Shown here in pieces: positions 1-11,357 of a stretch of DNA of 32,000 nucleotides (the first letter of the stretch is position 1; each line of letters opens with the position of its first letter). This stretch comes from Kiritimatiella glycovorans. GTDB taxonomy: Bacteria; Verrucomicrobiota; Kiritimatiellia; Kiritimatiellales; Kiritimatiellaceae. Under the pieces are notes generated by a model. The model was not told where the DNA came from and ran no database searches. It worked only from the letters and a program-made list of their open reading frames with translations. The DNA lies in assembly GCF_001017655.1 (NCBI RefSeq), contig NZ_CP010904.1, forward strand, positions 1,920,001-1,952,000, read 5' to 3'. Made by a program: the position numbers and the translations under genes.

Positions 1-58
1 AGCCGATGAAGCCCGCTCCACCGGTGACGATGTATCTGAGTTCCGTGTTACCGTTCAT
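1..58 (-). CDS. NAD-dependent epimerase/dehydratase (SDR) family protein, N-terminal 19 codons only; gene continues off the left edge
   Basis: Reverse complement of 1-58 reads ATG AAC GGT ... = MNGNTELRYIVTGGAGFIG. That is a start codon followed by the TGGAGFIG Rossmann GxxGxxG fingerprint of sugar epimerases/dehydratases. It is absent from the ORF track because it runs off the window. Confidence 0.55.
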   Translation of the reverse strand, partial: MNGNTELRYIVTGGAGFIG

Positions 59-196
59 TACGTGGTCCTCCGCACAAGTTGATCCATGAGCCGTCACGGT
101 AACAGAGAAGCGGATGGAGCGGTAGGATGTAGTTCATGGCCGTGCGGGCGGGGAGCGGGTGGACATAAGCAGAGTCATCCGGTACCCTGCCCGGGT

Positions 197-2164
<1,968 letters not shown>

Positions 2165-2168
2165 ACGT

Positions 2169-3164
2169 TCAATCCACGGTACGTCTGACTTCTTCGAGCA
2201 TCTCTCCCACGCGCCGCACCCCCTGAATCCTCCGCATCAGCTCGCGGCGGCCGCGTATTCCGCGCAGGTACCCGGCGAGATGCGCCCGTCCCGCGGAACA
2301 GGCCTTACGCTCCGCGCGGTCGCGATCCAGACCGCTGCGCACGTACAGGTCCCGCAAACCGCGCAGGTGACGCTCGATCACGGCGCACCGCTCCCCGGTT
2401 GAAACCGGCGGTTCACGGTTTGGGAGCAGTTCGCGGAAAATCCAGGGACGACCGATCGCCGCCTGGCCGATCATCACCCCGTCGACCCCGGTCTCCCGGA
2501 TCATGCGCTCCGCATCCTCCCTGCCCGCGATGCCGCCGTTGCCGACCACCGGGATCCGCACCGCCGCCTTCATCTTCGCGATGCGGTCAAGATGGACGGG
2601 CCCCGCATGCCGTTTCGTCGCCGGCCGTCCGTGCACGATCAGCAGGTCCGCCCCGCCCTCCTCTGCCGCACACGCCACGGCTGCGGGATCGTCCTGTTCG
2701 CAGTAGCCGATGCGGGTCTTAACGCTGAGCGTACCCCGGACGGAAGCGCGCACGGTCTCGACATAGCGCCGCAGCCCCGCGACGTCGCGCAGCAGACCGG
2801 CGCCCGCGCCCTGCCCCGCAATCTTCCGCGCCGGACAGCCGCAATTGAGGTCGATCCAGTCGAACGCCCCGGACCTCTCGACTTCGGCCGCGGCCCGCGC
2901 GACGCTGTGTGCCTCGGCGCCGAACATCTGCGCCGCCGCGGGGTGGACCTCGCCGAACGTTTCCAGGATGCGCGCCGTGCCCCCGGACCCGCGCACGAAC
3001 CCCTCGGCGCTGGCGAGTTCGGAGACGACCGCCCCCGCGCCGTATTCGCGGCAGATTGCGCGGAAAACCGGATCGGTGTAGCCCGCCATCGGCGCGAGGA
3101 ACACCGGCGGGTCGGCCGTCACCGTCCCGAACTGCAGATGGGAATGAACAGGGCCTTGGTTCAC
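2169..3164 (-). CDS. tRNA-dihydrouridine synthase (Dus family)
   Basis: PMAGYTDPVFR near the N-terminus, LNCGCPARK catalytic-Cys motif, overall FMN TIM-barrel pattern. The GTG start overlaps the stop of the upstream mutase gene by 4 nt (GTGA). Confidence 0.9.
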   Translation of the reverse strand: MNQGPVHSHLQFGTVTADPPVFLAPMAGYTDPVFRAICREYGAGAVVSELASAEGFVRGSGGTARILETFGEVHPAAAQMFGAEAHSVARAAAEVERSGAFDWIDLNCGCPARKIAGQGAGAGLLRDVAGLRRYVETVRASVRGTLSVKTRIGYCEQDDPAAVACAAEEGGADLLIVHGRPATKRHAGPVHLDRIAKMKAAVRIPVVGNGGIAGREDAERMIRETGVDGVMIGQAAIGRPWIFRELLPNREPPVSTGERCAVIERHLRGLRDLYVRSGLDRDRAERKACSAGRAHLAGYLRGIRGRRELMRRIQGVRRVGEMLEEVRRTVD

Positions 3165-4483
3165 GCGCGGATACGTGCGAGGACCTCGTCGCGTTTCTGT
3201 TCCATCATCTCCGCCGTGCGGGCTTCCAGATTGAGTCGCACGAGCGGTTCGGTGTTCGACTTGCGCACGTTGAACCAGAAATCATCGAACTCGAAGGAGA
3301 GCCCGTCGAGTTCGATGACCTTGCCGGTACCGTACTCGGCGCGCAGCCGTTCCAGCACCTCGTCGGGATCGCCGACGCGGGAATTGATTTCACCGCTGGC
3401 GCAGTAGCGGGACACCGGTTCGATAAGCTGTGAGAGCGTCTTTCCGGTATCGGCGATGAGGTTGGCGATATGGATCGCGGCGAGCGAGGAGCATTCGGCG
3501 AAGTAATTTTCGCGGAAGTAGTAGTGGCCGGACAGTTCGCCCGCGAACAGCGCGTCCGCCTCGCGCATCTGGTTTTTGATGAAGGCGTGGCCGACGCGCG
3601 ACATGCGCGCCTCCCCGCCGGATTCCTCGATGATTTCCTTGACCGCCTTGCTGCTGCGCAGGTCATAGAAAATCACGCCGCCGCCCTTGCGCTTGAGCAG
3701 CGATTCGGCGATCAGCGCGGTGATCTTGTCCATCGACACCACGTCGCCGTGTTCATCCACAAACCCCGCACGGTCGGCATCGCCGTCGAAGGCGATCCCG
3801 AAATCGCACCCCTCTTCGCGCACTTTCGCCTGCAGGGGCTCCATGGTTTCGAGCTTGAGCGGGTTCGCCTCGTGGTTCGGGAAACGGCCGTCGTACTCCT
3901 TGAAGAGGGGGACGATTTCGAACAGTCCCTCGAGTACGTCACCTTCGGCGATCCCCATGGCGTTCGCGTAATCGACGGCCACTTTTAGCGGTTTCTTCAC
4001 ATCCGCGTATTCACGAATGGCCGCGATATAATCGGCCTTCACGTCATGGGTGCTGAGTGCGCCCATCTCCGCGGCGGGATCGTCATAGGCGTCTTCGTTT
4101 ACAATGCGCTCGATATCCTCGATGCCCTCGGGTCCGCTCAGCGGTATCGCGGCGTGCCGGCACATCTTGAATCCGTTCCATTCCTGCGAATTGTGGGAGG
4201 CGGTGATAATGACGCTGCCGTCGGCGCCGAGTTCCCCGTTGGCGTAGTAACACATCGGGGTTGAGACGAGACCGATATCGATCACATCCACGCCCTGCTG
4301 GCGGAGGCCGAGCGTCAGCTTGTCGAACAGCGCCTTCGAGTGCGGGCGCATATCGTAGCCGACCACGACCTTCCGGGGTTTCAGGTACGTGGCGAAGGCG
4401 CGGCCGATCCTATAGGCCGTGTCGTCGGTGAGCGTGTCGCCGTAGATGCCCCGTACGTCGTAGGCCTTGAAGATCCCTGCCAT
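3161..4483 (-). CDS. phosphomannomutase/phosphoglucomutase (alpha-D-phosphohexomutase family)
   Basis: Active-site Ser loop TASHNSQEWNGFK, metal loop FDGDADR, sugar loop GELSGH. ATG start with AAAGGAA RBS. Confidence 0.9.
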   Translation of the reverse strand: MAGIFKAYDVRGIYGDTLTDDTAYRIGRAFATYLKPRKVVVGYDMRPHSKALFDKLTLGLRQQGVDVIDIGLVSTPMCYYANGELGADGSVIITASHNSQEWNGFKMCRHAAIPLSGPEGIEDIERIVNEDAYDDPAAEMGALSTHDVKADYIAAIREYADVKKPLKVAVDYANAMGIAEGDVLEGLFEIVPLFKEYDGRFPNHEANPLKLETMEPLQAKVREEGCDFGIAFDGDADRAGFVDEHGDVVSMDKITALIAESLLKRKGGGVIFYDLRSSKAVKEIIEESGGEARMSRVGHAFIKNQMREADALFAGELSGHYYFRENYFAECSSLAAIHIANLIADTGKTLSQLIEPVSRYCASGEINSRVGDPDEVLERLRAEYGTGKVIELDGLSFEFDDFWFNVRKSNTEPLVRLNLEARTAEMMEQKRDEVLARIRA

Positions 4484-4516
4484 GGAAGTGTTCCTTTCGT
4501 TTTTTGCGGCGCGCCG

Positions 4517-5185
4517 TTACTGTACATAACCCTTTACCGGGATGACGATCCGGCTGCGGTCCGGATGGTCCACGTCGATCCTGATCGCCCCGTCGATACG
4601 GCCCTCGGGATACGGCGGTGCCGCGGTAACTTCCACGACGTAGATGCGCGACCTTTTGAGTTCGAGCACGTTCAGGTCCAGAAATCCTACCGAAGTCGAG
4701 GCCTCGCCGACCGCGGTGTCGCGGTCGAACTCGAGCGTAATCCGCCGGGCCACCTCATCGCCGTCCGAAAGGGGCAGCCAGAGCTGCTCCGGATTGACCC
4801 AGATCGGCGGCTGAACGAAGCCCTCGATCGTGACCTCGAAGCGGGGCTGCTCCGGGTCGTTCGAGATCACCGTCACCTGCTTGTGCTGTTCACCGCTACG
4901 CCCGGAGGGATTGAATCGAACCTCGAGGTCTGTGCTTCCTTCCGGGGGAATCTCCCTGGAACCGACTCTCGCCCGGGTGCAGCCGCAATCCGCCTGCACC
5001 TCCTTAATCACCAGGGTTTGATCGCCCGTGTTGCGCAGCACGAAAGAGTGGGTCAGCACTTCCGCGTCTGAGGCGTAGTCAAAGCGCCAGTGAGGATTCT
5101 CGCAGACGAGATCCGGAGCCGCGACCGCTCCGGCACCGATGAGTGCCGTCAACGCCAGTACAATCCATGTTCTGCCTGTCTTCAT
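4517..5185 (-). CDS. DUF1573 domain-containing secreted protein
   Basis: Signal peptide MKTGRTWIVLALTALIGAGAVAA starting at the internal ATG (5183-5185). THSFVLRNTGDQTLVIKEVQADCGCT matches the DUF1573 signature (CGCT). Confidence 0.8.
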   Translation of the reverse strand: MKTGRTWIVLALTALIGAGAVAAPDLVCENPHWRFDYASDAEVLTHSFVLRNTGDQTLVIKEVQADCGCTRARVGSREIPPEGSTDLEVRFNPSGRSGEQHKQVTVISNDPEQPRFEVTIEGFVQPPIWVNPEQLWLPLSDGDEVARRITLEFDRDTAVGEASTSVGFLDLNVLELKRSRIYVVEVTAAPPYPEGRIDGAIRIDVDHPDRSRIVIPVKGYVQ

Positions 5186-5350
5186 GATTCGCAACGCCTC
5201 TAAAAATCGATGTGGCCGAGCAGCCATGAACCGGACCCCATCCGGTTTTGCAATTATGATAATACAGGTGGCGGGCAGGCGAATGCAAGGGGTGAATGAA
5301 TATCAGAACCCTATTGCCAACACGTGCTTTTCCGGTGATATTGGACGCCT

Positions 5351-7066
5351 ATGGTACGGACCGGAGACATCACGGCGCACTGGCTCGGCGAGACGGGTCT
5401 CTTCTCTGAAGACCAGATCCGCCTTATACTGGAGCGGCGCAGGACGGAGGGTGAGAGCCTCGCCCAGGCGGTCACGGCGCTGGGACTGGCGGACGAGGAG
5501 GACTTCCTCGAGGCGCTGGCCGGGGCCATGGGTCTGACGTTTCTGCGGCTCCGCGACCGGAAGCTGGACGAAGATCTGCTCAGTCGACTCCCCGCCCGGG
5601 CGGCGGTTCAGTATCATGTCGTGCCCGTAGGGGCGGAGGAGGATCTCCTTCGGGTGGCCACGCATACCCCGCTCAAGCCGGGGCTGATCGACGCCCTGCG
5701 CCTCGCCACCGAATCCCGCATCGAACTCGCCCTGTGTCCGTCCCCCGACCTGGCCCAGGCGATCAAGGCTTTTTACGGCGTGGGCGCCGAGACGATGCAG
5801 AGCATGATGGAGGAAGACCGGATCGAGGTGACCGCGGAGGAACCGCTGCTCAAGCAGGACCTGAGCGAACTCGATCAGGAGGCCTCCGTCGTCAAATTCG
5901 TCAACCAGATCATCTGGGAGGCCCTCCAGGAGCGCGCCACGGACATCCATCTCGAGCCGATGGAAAACGATCTGAGGATCCGCTACCGGATCGACGGCGT
6001 GCTTCACCAGACCCCGGTCCCGCCGCAGATCAAGCAGTTCCAGTCCGCCATCATCTCGCGGATCAAGGTGATGTCGAACATGGACATCGCCGAGAAGCGG
6101 CTGCCGCAGGACGGACGGATCAGCCTGCGGGTCCGGAGCGAAGATCTGGACGTGCGCGTGTCCACCATGCCGACGGTCTACGGTGAGAGCGTCAGCCTCC
6201 GGCTGCTCCAGCGCGGCGGGTCGATGATCCGCATGTCCGAACTCGGTCTGGACGACCGCAACGAGGAGCTGCTGAACCGTCTCATCCACAGGCCGCACGG
6301 CATCCTGCTGGTGACCGGTCCCACCGGTTCCGGGAAATCCACCTCGCTCTACGCCTGGCTGCACACGATCAATTCCGTCGACCAACGCATCATCACGGTC
6401 GAAGACCCCATCGAATACGAGATGGCGGGGATCAACCAGATCCAGATCCGTCCCGAGATCGGGTTGACGTTCGCCCGCGGTCTGCGTCACATCCTGCGCC
6501 AGGACCCCGACGTCATCATGGTCGGCGAGATTCGCGACAAGGAGACCGCCGAGATCGCGATCCGCGCCGCGCTCACGGGTCACCTGGTCTTCAGCACGCT
6601 GCACACCAACGATTCCGCCGGCGCCGTGACCCGGCTTCTCGACATGGGCATCGAGCCCTTTCTCGTCGCCTCCTCGGTCGAGGCCATCGTGGCCCAGCGG
6701 CTGGTGCGCACGCTGTGTCCTCACTGCCGCAGGCCGTGGACGGGCGAGCGGTCCATGCTCGAGCGCGAGGGGTTCCCGGTGGACAGGCTCTCCGACCACA
6801 CGATTTACGAGGCCGCGGGGTGCGAAGCCTGTCTGCACACCGGCTTCCTCGGCCGCGCCGGCATCTTCGAGGTCCTCCCGATCACCGAACGCGTACGGCC
6901 GCTGATCGTGGACCGCGCCTCGGCCGCCCGGATCAAATCCTCCGCCGGACGCGAAGGACTCAAATCGCTGCGGCACGACGGCTGGGAAAAAGTGCTCGAA
7001 GGGAAGACCACCATCGAAGAAGTGCTGCGCGTGACGGAAGAGGACGAGGCCCTGGCGGGGAACTAG
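5351..7066 (+). CDS. GspE/PilB-family secretion ATPase (type II secretion / type IV pilus assembly ATPase)
   Basis: N-terminal T2SE_Nter-like domain, Walker A GPTGSGKST, Walker B DPDVIMVGEIRD, His box TGHLVFSTLHTND, tetracysteine CPHC...CEAC. Confidence 0.9.
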   Translation: MVRTGDITAHWLGETGLFSEDQIRLILERRRTEGESLAQAVTALGLADEEDFLEALAGAMGLTFLRLRDRKLDEDLLSRLPARAAVQYHVVPVGAEEDLLRVATHTPLKPGLIDALRLATESRIELALCPSPDLAQAIKAFYGVGAETMQSMMEEDRIEVTAEEPLLKQDLSELDQEASVVKFVNQIIWEALQERATDIHLEPMENDLRIRYRIDGVLHQTPVPPQIKQFQSAIISRIKVMSNMDIAEKRLPQDGRISLRVRSEDLDVRVSTMPTVYGESVSLRLLQRGGSMIRMSELGLDDRNEELLNRLIHRPHGILLVTGPTGSGKSTSLYAWLHTINSVDQRIITVEDPIEYEMAGINQIQIRPEIGLTFARGLRHILRQDPDVIMVGEIRDKETAEIAIRAALTGHLVFSTLHTNDSAGAVTRLLDMGIEPFLVASSVEAIVAQRLVRTLCPHCRRPWTGERSMLEREGFPVDRLSDHTIYEAAGCEACLHTGFLGRAGIFEVLPITERVRPLIVDRASAARIKSSAGREGLKSLRHDGWEKVLEGKTTIEEVLRVTEEDEALAGN

Positions 7067-7134
7067 CCCACCCCCTCTTTCCCTTTCACGCAAGCCTGCT
7101 TTTGTGATACAAGTCTGCGAAAGGAGTGCGGGAG

Positions 7135-7563
7135 ATGTATCTGATCTACAAGGACGACGAGGGGAAGCGCGTGGCGGTGGAACTCGGAGAGAGCCCGATT
7201 TCGATCGGACGCAGCCCGGATGCGGATATTCAGATCGTGGATGACCGCGTATCGCGGATGCACACCGGGGTGCGCCGCTGGGAAGACGATGTCTACGTGA
7301 AGGACCTCAACTCCAAGAACGGGACCTATCTCAACGGCGAACGGATCCGGGACATCGCCAAGCTGAATCCCAATGATGTGATCACGGTCGGACCTACGCG
7401 GATCCTGGTCGACGTAAAACCCGGCAAGGGGACGGAAACCATCCTGCAGGAAGTTCAGCAGGAGATGGAGACCGGGAAGGGCTACAACACCATTCTCCGC
7501 GAGATCGTACAGGGAACCGGGTCGGAGGCGGAGGACGATGAAAAGCAGAACGAGTCGTCCTGA
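7135..7563 (+). CDS. FHA domain-containing protein with acidic C-terminal tail
   Basis: ISIGRSPDADIQIVDDRVSRMHTGV...VKDLNSKNGTYLNGERI carries the G-R / S-x-x-H / N-G FHA landmarks. ATG at 7135 sits 8 nt after AAAGGAG. The track start at 7126 is a GTG inside that RBS. Confidence 0.85.
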   Translation: MYLIYKDDEGKRVAVELGESPISIGRSPDADIQIVDDRVSRMHTGVRRWEDDVYVKDLNSKNGTYLNGERIRDIAKLNPNDVITVGPTRILVDVKPGKGTETILQEVQQEMETGKGYNTILREIVQGTGSEAEDDEKQNESS

Positions 7564-8326
7564 GGGTCTACCCCCCGTACGCCCCCGCTCCGCCGCGCAT
7601 CGGCGCTTTCTCCTGCCCGCACTCGTGCTTCCGGCGCTTTTGCTCCTCGCCTCCTGCGGTCCCGCCCCCGAAAATCCCGATGCCCGCGACGAGCGCCGGC
7701 CCGCCTTCCGCAAGGCGGTGCGTGCAAGAGAGGCGGGGCGCACCGAAGAGTCGATCGCCCTCCTCCGCACGGCCCTGCGAAAGCACCCGGACATGGCCCG
7801 CGCGCACCTCGAGCTGGCCCGTATCTTTCACGAACAGCGCTCTGATTATGCGCGGGCCATCCACCACTACCGCCGCTATCTCGAACAGCGGCCCGAAGCA
7901 CAGAAGAAGCCGCTGGTCGAGAACTGGATCGAGACCGCTCGTGCCGATTTCGTGCGGGAGATGATGCGTTCGGAGGCCGCGCCCCCGGTGATCGAGAAAC
8001 TCAAAGTGCTCGAACGCGAAAACCGCGCCCTGAAAGCGCGGCTGGCCCGCGGGGAAGCGCCCGCGGAAGACAACGCCCCTCCTGAACGCGGAACGCTCTC
8101 CCGATCCGGCCCGGAAAAAGAGTCGGCGCGGCCGTCCCCAAAATCCGCCCGGAAAAAACGGACGTATGTCGTCCGCGGGGGCGATACGCTCTCCAGGATC
8201 GCCGCCAGGGTCTACGGCGACGCCGCCCAGTGGCGGCTGATCTATGAAGCCAACCGCGACCGCATGAAAAGCGAGCGCGACCTCCAGATCGGCCAGGTGC
8301 TGACCCTCCCACCGCCGGATGAATGA
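7538..8326 (+). CDS. lipoprotein with TPR, coiled-coil and C-terminal LysM domain (FimV-like architecture)
   Basis: Lipobox LLLLASCG. TPR-like IALLRTALRKHPDMARAHLELARIFHEQRSDYARAIHHYRRYLE. LysM motif YVVRGGDTLSRIAARVYGDAAQWRLIYEANRD...GQVLTLP. GGAGG RBS. Overlaps the FHA gene by 26 nt. Confidence 0.8.
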   Translation: MKSRTSRPEGLPPVRPRSAAHRRFLLPALVLPALLLLASCGPAPENPDARDERRPAFRKAVRAREAGRTEESIALLRTALRKHPDMARAHLELARIFHEQRSDYARAIHHYRRYLEQRPEAQKKPLVENWIETARADFVREMMRSEAAPPVIEKLKVLERENRALKARLARGEAPAEDNAPPERGTLSRSGPEKESARPSPKSARKKRTYVVRGGDTLSRIAARVYGDAAQWRLIYEANRDRMKSERDLQIGQVLTLPPPDE

Positions 8327-8853
8327 GACCTCGAGCTGAAATGAACGAGGACCTTACCCTCCCCACGAGCTGGGGACCCATTGAGATCTCCATCCGGTCC
8401 GGATTTCCGGTTGTTTGTCGGCTACCCGTCGTCGGGGAACCTATCGACATCCCTTTTGAAGCTGGAGATCCCGTGAACCCCTCCGGCGCATCCCGCGTCT
8501 TCGTGACCTACGCCTCCGCATTGCTGAGGGGTGAAAAGATGCAGCCCCCGCCCTTCCCTCTGCCCGAAGGCGCGCCCTTCTACCGGCAGGTATGGCACGT
8601 CCTGCGGACCATTCCCCGCGGCGAGGTCCGCACGTATGCCCGGGTTGCGGCCGACGCCGGATGCCCGGGCGCCGCCCGGGCCGCGGGTACGGCCTGCGCG
8701 CGCAATCCTCTCCCGCTGTTCATCCCCTGCCACCGCGTGGTCGCCGCGCACGGCCCCGGCGGTTTCGGTGCGGGCCTCGCATGGAAAAAGCTGCTCCTGA
8801 AAAACGAATCGTCCTCAACCAGGAAGGCCCGTTACAGCAAGCTGAAAAAATAG
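8323..8853 (+). CDS. ogt: methylated-DNA--protein-cysteine methyltransferase
   Basis: RTYARVAADAGCPGAARAAGTACARNPLPLFIPCHRVV contains the PCHR active-site motif and the helix-turn-helix of MGMT/Ogt. ATGA overlap with the upstream gene (alternative ATG at 8341). Confidence 0.85.
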   Translation: MRPRAEMNEDLTLPTSWGPIEISIRSGFPVVCRLPVVGEPIDIPFEAGDPVNPSGASRVFVTYASALLRGEKMQPPPFPLPEGAPFYRQVWHVLRTIPRGEVRTYARVAADAGCPGAARAAGTACARNPLPLFIPCHRVVAAHGPGGFGAGLAWKKLLLKNESSSTRKARYSKLKK

Positions 8854-8880
8854 AATCTTACTCAGCATTCAGGCTCCCCC

Positions 8881-8958
8881 TCTTACTCTCACTCCGACCC
8901 TGTCTCTTACTCTGATTCTGACTCTGATTCTGTCTCTGATTCTGTCTCTGACTCCGCC
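8881..8958. repeat. hexanucleotide array, 13 units of TCTGAY-type (tcttac tctcac tccgac cctgtc tcttac tctgat tctgac tctgat tctgtc tctgat tctgtc tctgac tccgcc)
   Basis: Read directly. Lies at the convergent ogt / histidine-kinase junction. Units 8910-8958 encode the kinase tail ...[16 protein letters not shown]. The stop TAA (8907-8909) lies in a TCTTAC variant unit. Confidence 0.85.
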
Positions 8959-11357
8959 TCCCCTCCCGGTGCCCGACGCAGTGCTTCGGCAAGCTCGGCG
9001 AGGCGGATGGGCTTGGCGACGTAATCGCTCATCCCTGCGTTGAAGCATGCACGCTGATCCTCTTCGTAGGCGTGGGCGGTCACTCCGATAATGTAGGGCG
9101 AACGGGCGCCGAACTGCGCTTTTATTTTCCGGGTCGCGTCGAGCCCGTCGAGCTCGGGCATTTGGATATCCATCAGGACTACGTCGAAGCGGCGCTGTTG
9201 TACCCTTTCAAGCGCCTCGCGCCCGTTTTCCGCGAGTTCGGCGCTGTACCCGAGACGGCCCAGCATGCGCATCGCCACCATGCGGTTGACCGGGTTGTCT
9301 TCGGCCAGCAGGATGCGCAGGGGATGGCGCCGTCCGAGGTCGTCGTCCGGGGCAACCTCCGCCGGCTCGGCCTGCATGGATGCGCCGGCTTTTTTCTCGC
9401 CGCGCTGCACCCGCACGGTAAAGGTAAACGTGGAACCCTCGCCGGGAGTGCTCTCCGCCTGCAGATCGCCGCCCATCAGTCGACACAGTTCGCGGGAGAT
9501 GGTGAGTCCGAGGCCGGTGCCGCCGTACCGCCGCGTCGTCCCCGGATCGGCCTGCACGAACGGATCGAAGATCTTTTCGAGCTCTTCTTCCGTCATGCCG
9601 ATCCCGGTATCGCGTACGGCGAACGCCAGTGTGACCCGGTTCTCCTCCTCCCTGCTCTTCCAGACCCTGAGTTCGATTTCGCCTTCGCGGGTGAACTTGA
9701 CGGCGTTGCTGAGCAGATTCAGAAGCACCTGACGGAGGCGGTCGGCATCCCCGCGGGGATGCGCGGGGACTTCGTCGGCGACGGAAAAATGGAGTTTCAC
9801 CTGCTCCGGCGCCCGACGCGATCGTACGATGTCAAAGGCGCTTTCGATACATCCCTTGAGATCAAAGCTGTCCACATCGAGTTCGAGCTTTCCGGATTCC
9901 AGCCGCGAGACCTCGAGCAAGTCGTTGATGATGTTGAGCAGGGCGCGCGCACTGGAAAACACCGTCTGCAGCGAATCCCTGTGTTCGCGCGGGAGATCGG
10001 CCTCCATCAGCAGTTCCGTCATGCCCAGCACCGCATTGAGCGGCGTCCTCAGCTCATGGCTCATGCGGGCGAGAAAATCGCTCTTCGCACGACTGGCCTC
10101 GGCCGCCTCTTCGGCCGCGCGCTGGGCCTGCTCCATGGAGCCGCGCAGTTTTTCGTTCACAACCTGCAGCTCGTCGCGCGCGCGTTCGAGGTCACGCTCG
10201 GCGCGCTTGCGTTCGCTGATGTCGAGCACCGCGCCCTCGAGCGTATCCGTCTCCGCGTAATAGCGGCCGCTCAGGATACAGTCGCAGCTCGTCCCGTCCC
10301 GGCGGCGGCCCTCGAATTCAAAACTCTCCACGCGGCCCTCGCGGCGACTCTTTTCCAGCATCGTCCAGCGGTCGGCGGAATGTTCATAGCATTGAGACGG
10401 CCGGCCCTCACGGAGGAGTTCCTCTACCGATCCGTAGCCGAACATGCGGGCGAGTTCGCGGTTGGCGTTGAGAAAGCGGTCTTCGTCGGCTTGGGTGCGG
10501 TACAGCCCCACATGCGCGGTCTCGTAGAGATTGCGATAATGCGCTTCGCGCTCGCGCAGCTCGGCGGTGCGTTTGCGGACCTCTGCCTCCAGGGTGCGGC
10601 GATGCGCCTCCAGCTGACGGTCGCGCTGTTCTATTTCATCGAGCATCCCGTTGAACGCATCCACAAGGATTCCGATCTCGTCCCCGCTGCGCTTCTCCTC
10701 GCGGATCGAATAATCCTTCTCACGGGTGATATGCCCGGCCATATCCGTCAGTCTCAGGATCGGACGGGTGATGACCCGCTGCAGCATGCGCGACAGGGCC
10801 ACCGCCAGCAGCAGCGCGCCCAGCAGGATGGCCGCCGCGATCTGCGCATAGGTCACCATGCGCCCGCGCAGCTCCCCGGTGCCTTTGCAGAGAACGAGCT
10901 TCCCGACGCGGCGCCCGTCGACGCGGATCTCCCGGTCGTAACACACGAGACCCTGCGCGTCGCCCTGCTCCTCGGGCGACTCCGCGTCCTTCGCCCAGCG
11001 CACAGCGCCCTGATCCAGGTAGGTGGCGAACACGCCGCCCGTGGCGTCGTAGACCCTCGCCGCCACCATCTCCTGGTTCGCGTCCAGCGAGGAGAGCGTC
11101 TCTTCGGCCGCGCCCGGATCCTCAAACAGCAGCGCCGCCGCGCAGTTGGCGCCGAGGATATCCGTCAGCGAGGAGAGTTCCTCCTCCGACGCGCGCCGCA
11201 TCATGAGGTAATCGTGAAAGAAAAATGCCCCCGTCGCCGCGAAGAGCACGACCGTGCAGGCCGCCACCATCAGCAGGGTAAGCTTGTCGCGCAGAGGGAT
11301 GTCGCAGAACGGCCGCCAGCGCATCACCAACGGGGAATCGCCGCTCTGATGTTTCAC
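8907..11357 (-). CDS. hybrid sensor histidine kinase/response regulator (CHASE8-like periplasmic domain, HAMP, PAS, HisKA, HATPase_c, REC)
   Basis: TM + [44 protein letters not shown] (CHASE8-like). [16 protein letters not shown]...[14 protein letters not shown] region. H-box [15 protein letters not shown] and [24 protein letters not shown]...[14 protein letters not shown]...KP. The GTG start overlaps the yfiR-like stop (GTGA). Confidence 0.9.
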   Translation of the reverse strand: MKHQSGDSPLVMRWRPFCDIPLRDKLTLLMVAACTVVLFAATGAFFFHDYLMMRRASEEELSSLTDILGANCAAALLFEDPGAAEETLSSLDANQEMVAARVYDATGGVFATYLDQGAVRWAKDAESPEEQGDAQGLVCYDREIRVDGRRVGKLVLCKGTGELRGRMVTYAQIAAAILLGALLLAVALSRMLQRVITRPILRLTDMAGHITREKDYSIREEKRSGDEIGILVDAFNGMLDEIEQRDRQLEAHRRTLEAEVRKRTAELREREAHYRNLYETAHVGLYRTQADEDRFLNANRELARMFGYGSVEELLREGRPSQCYEHSADRWTMLEKSRREGRVESFEFEGRRRDGTSCDCILSGRYYAETDTLEGAVLDISERKRAERDLERARDELQVVNEKLRGSMEQAQRAAEEAAEASRAKSDFLARMSHELRTPLNAVLGMTELLMEADLPREHRDSLQTVFSSARALLNIINDLLEVSRLESGKLELDVDSFDLKGCIESAFDIVRSRRAPEQVKLHFSVADEVPAHPRGDADRLRQVLLNLLSNAVKFTREGEIELRVWKSREEENRVTLAFAVRDTGIGMTEEELEKIFDPFVQADPGTTRRYGGTGLGLTISRELCRLMGGDLQAESTPGEGSTFTFTVRVQRGEKKAGASMQAEPAEVAPDDDLGRRHPLRILLAEDNPVNRMVAMRMLGRLGYSAELAENGREALERVQQRRFDVVLMDIQMPELDGLDATRKIKAQFGARSPYIIGVTAHAYEEDQRACFNAGMSDYVAKPIRLAELAEALRRAPGGEAESETESETESESESE

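Noticed and set aside
86-196. Upstream ATG giving FtsH a 37-aa N-terminal extension. Similar extensions: ilvC (17841-17960), the lipoprotein gene (22526-22765), the ferredoxin ORF (26757-27521), rrf2 (TTG at 30248).
   Set aside because: The extensions are not protein-like, lack an RBS, overlap neighbouring genes or repeats, or leave no promoter space. Internal starts have good RBS spacing and canonical N-termini.
4484-4516. CGGCGCGCCG palindrome between the DUF1573 gene and the mutase gene as a terminator
   Set aside because: A 10-bp perfect palindrome leaves almost no loop, and no T-run follows on the transcribed (minus) strand. The genes are more likely co-transcribed.
5351-5560. c-di-GMP-binding MshEN motif in the N-terminal domain of the GspE/PilB ATPase
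   Set aside because: The RLGxx(L/V/I)(L/V/I)xxG(L/V/I)(L/V/I)xxxxLxxxLxxQ pattern is only partly matched (SLAQAVTALGLADEEDFLEALAGA lacks the R, the first G and the Q). It cannot be asserted from sequence alone.
5303-7093. 596-aa minus-strand ORF covering the whole GspE/PilB gene
   Set aside because: Antisense shadow ORF of a high-GC gene. The composition is Arg/Gly/Ala/His/Asp-rich with no recognisable motif, while the plus-strand frame carries complete ATPase motifs.
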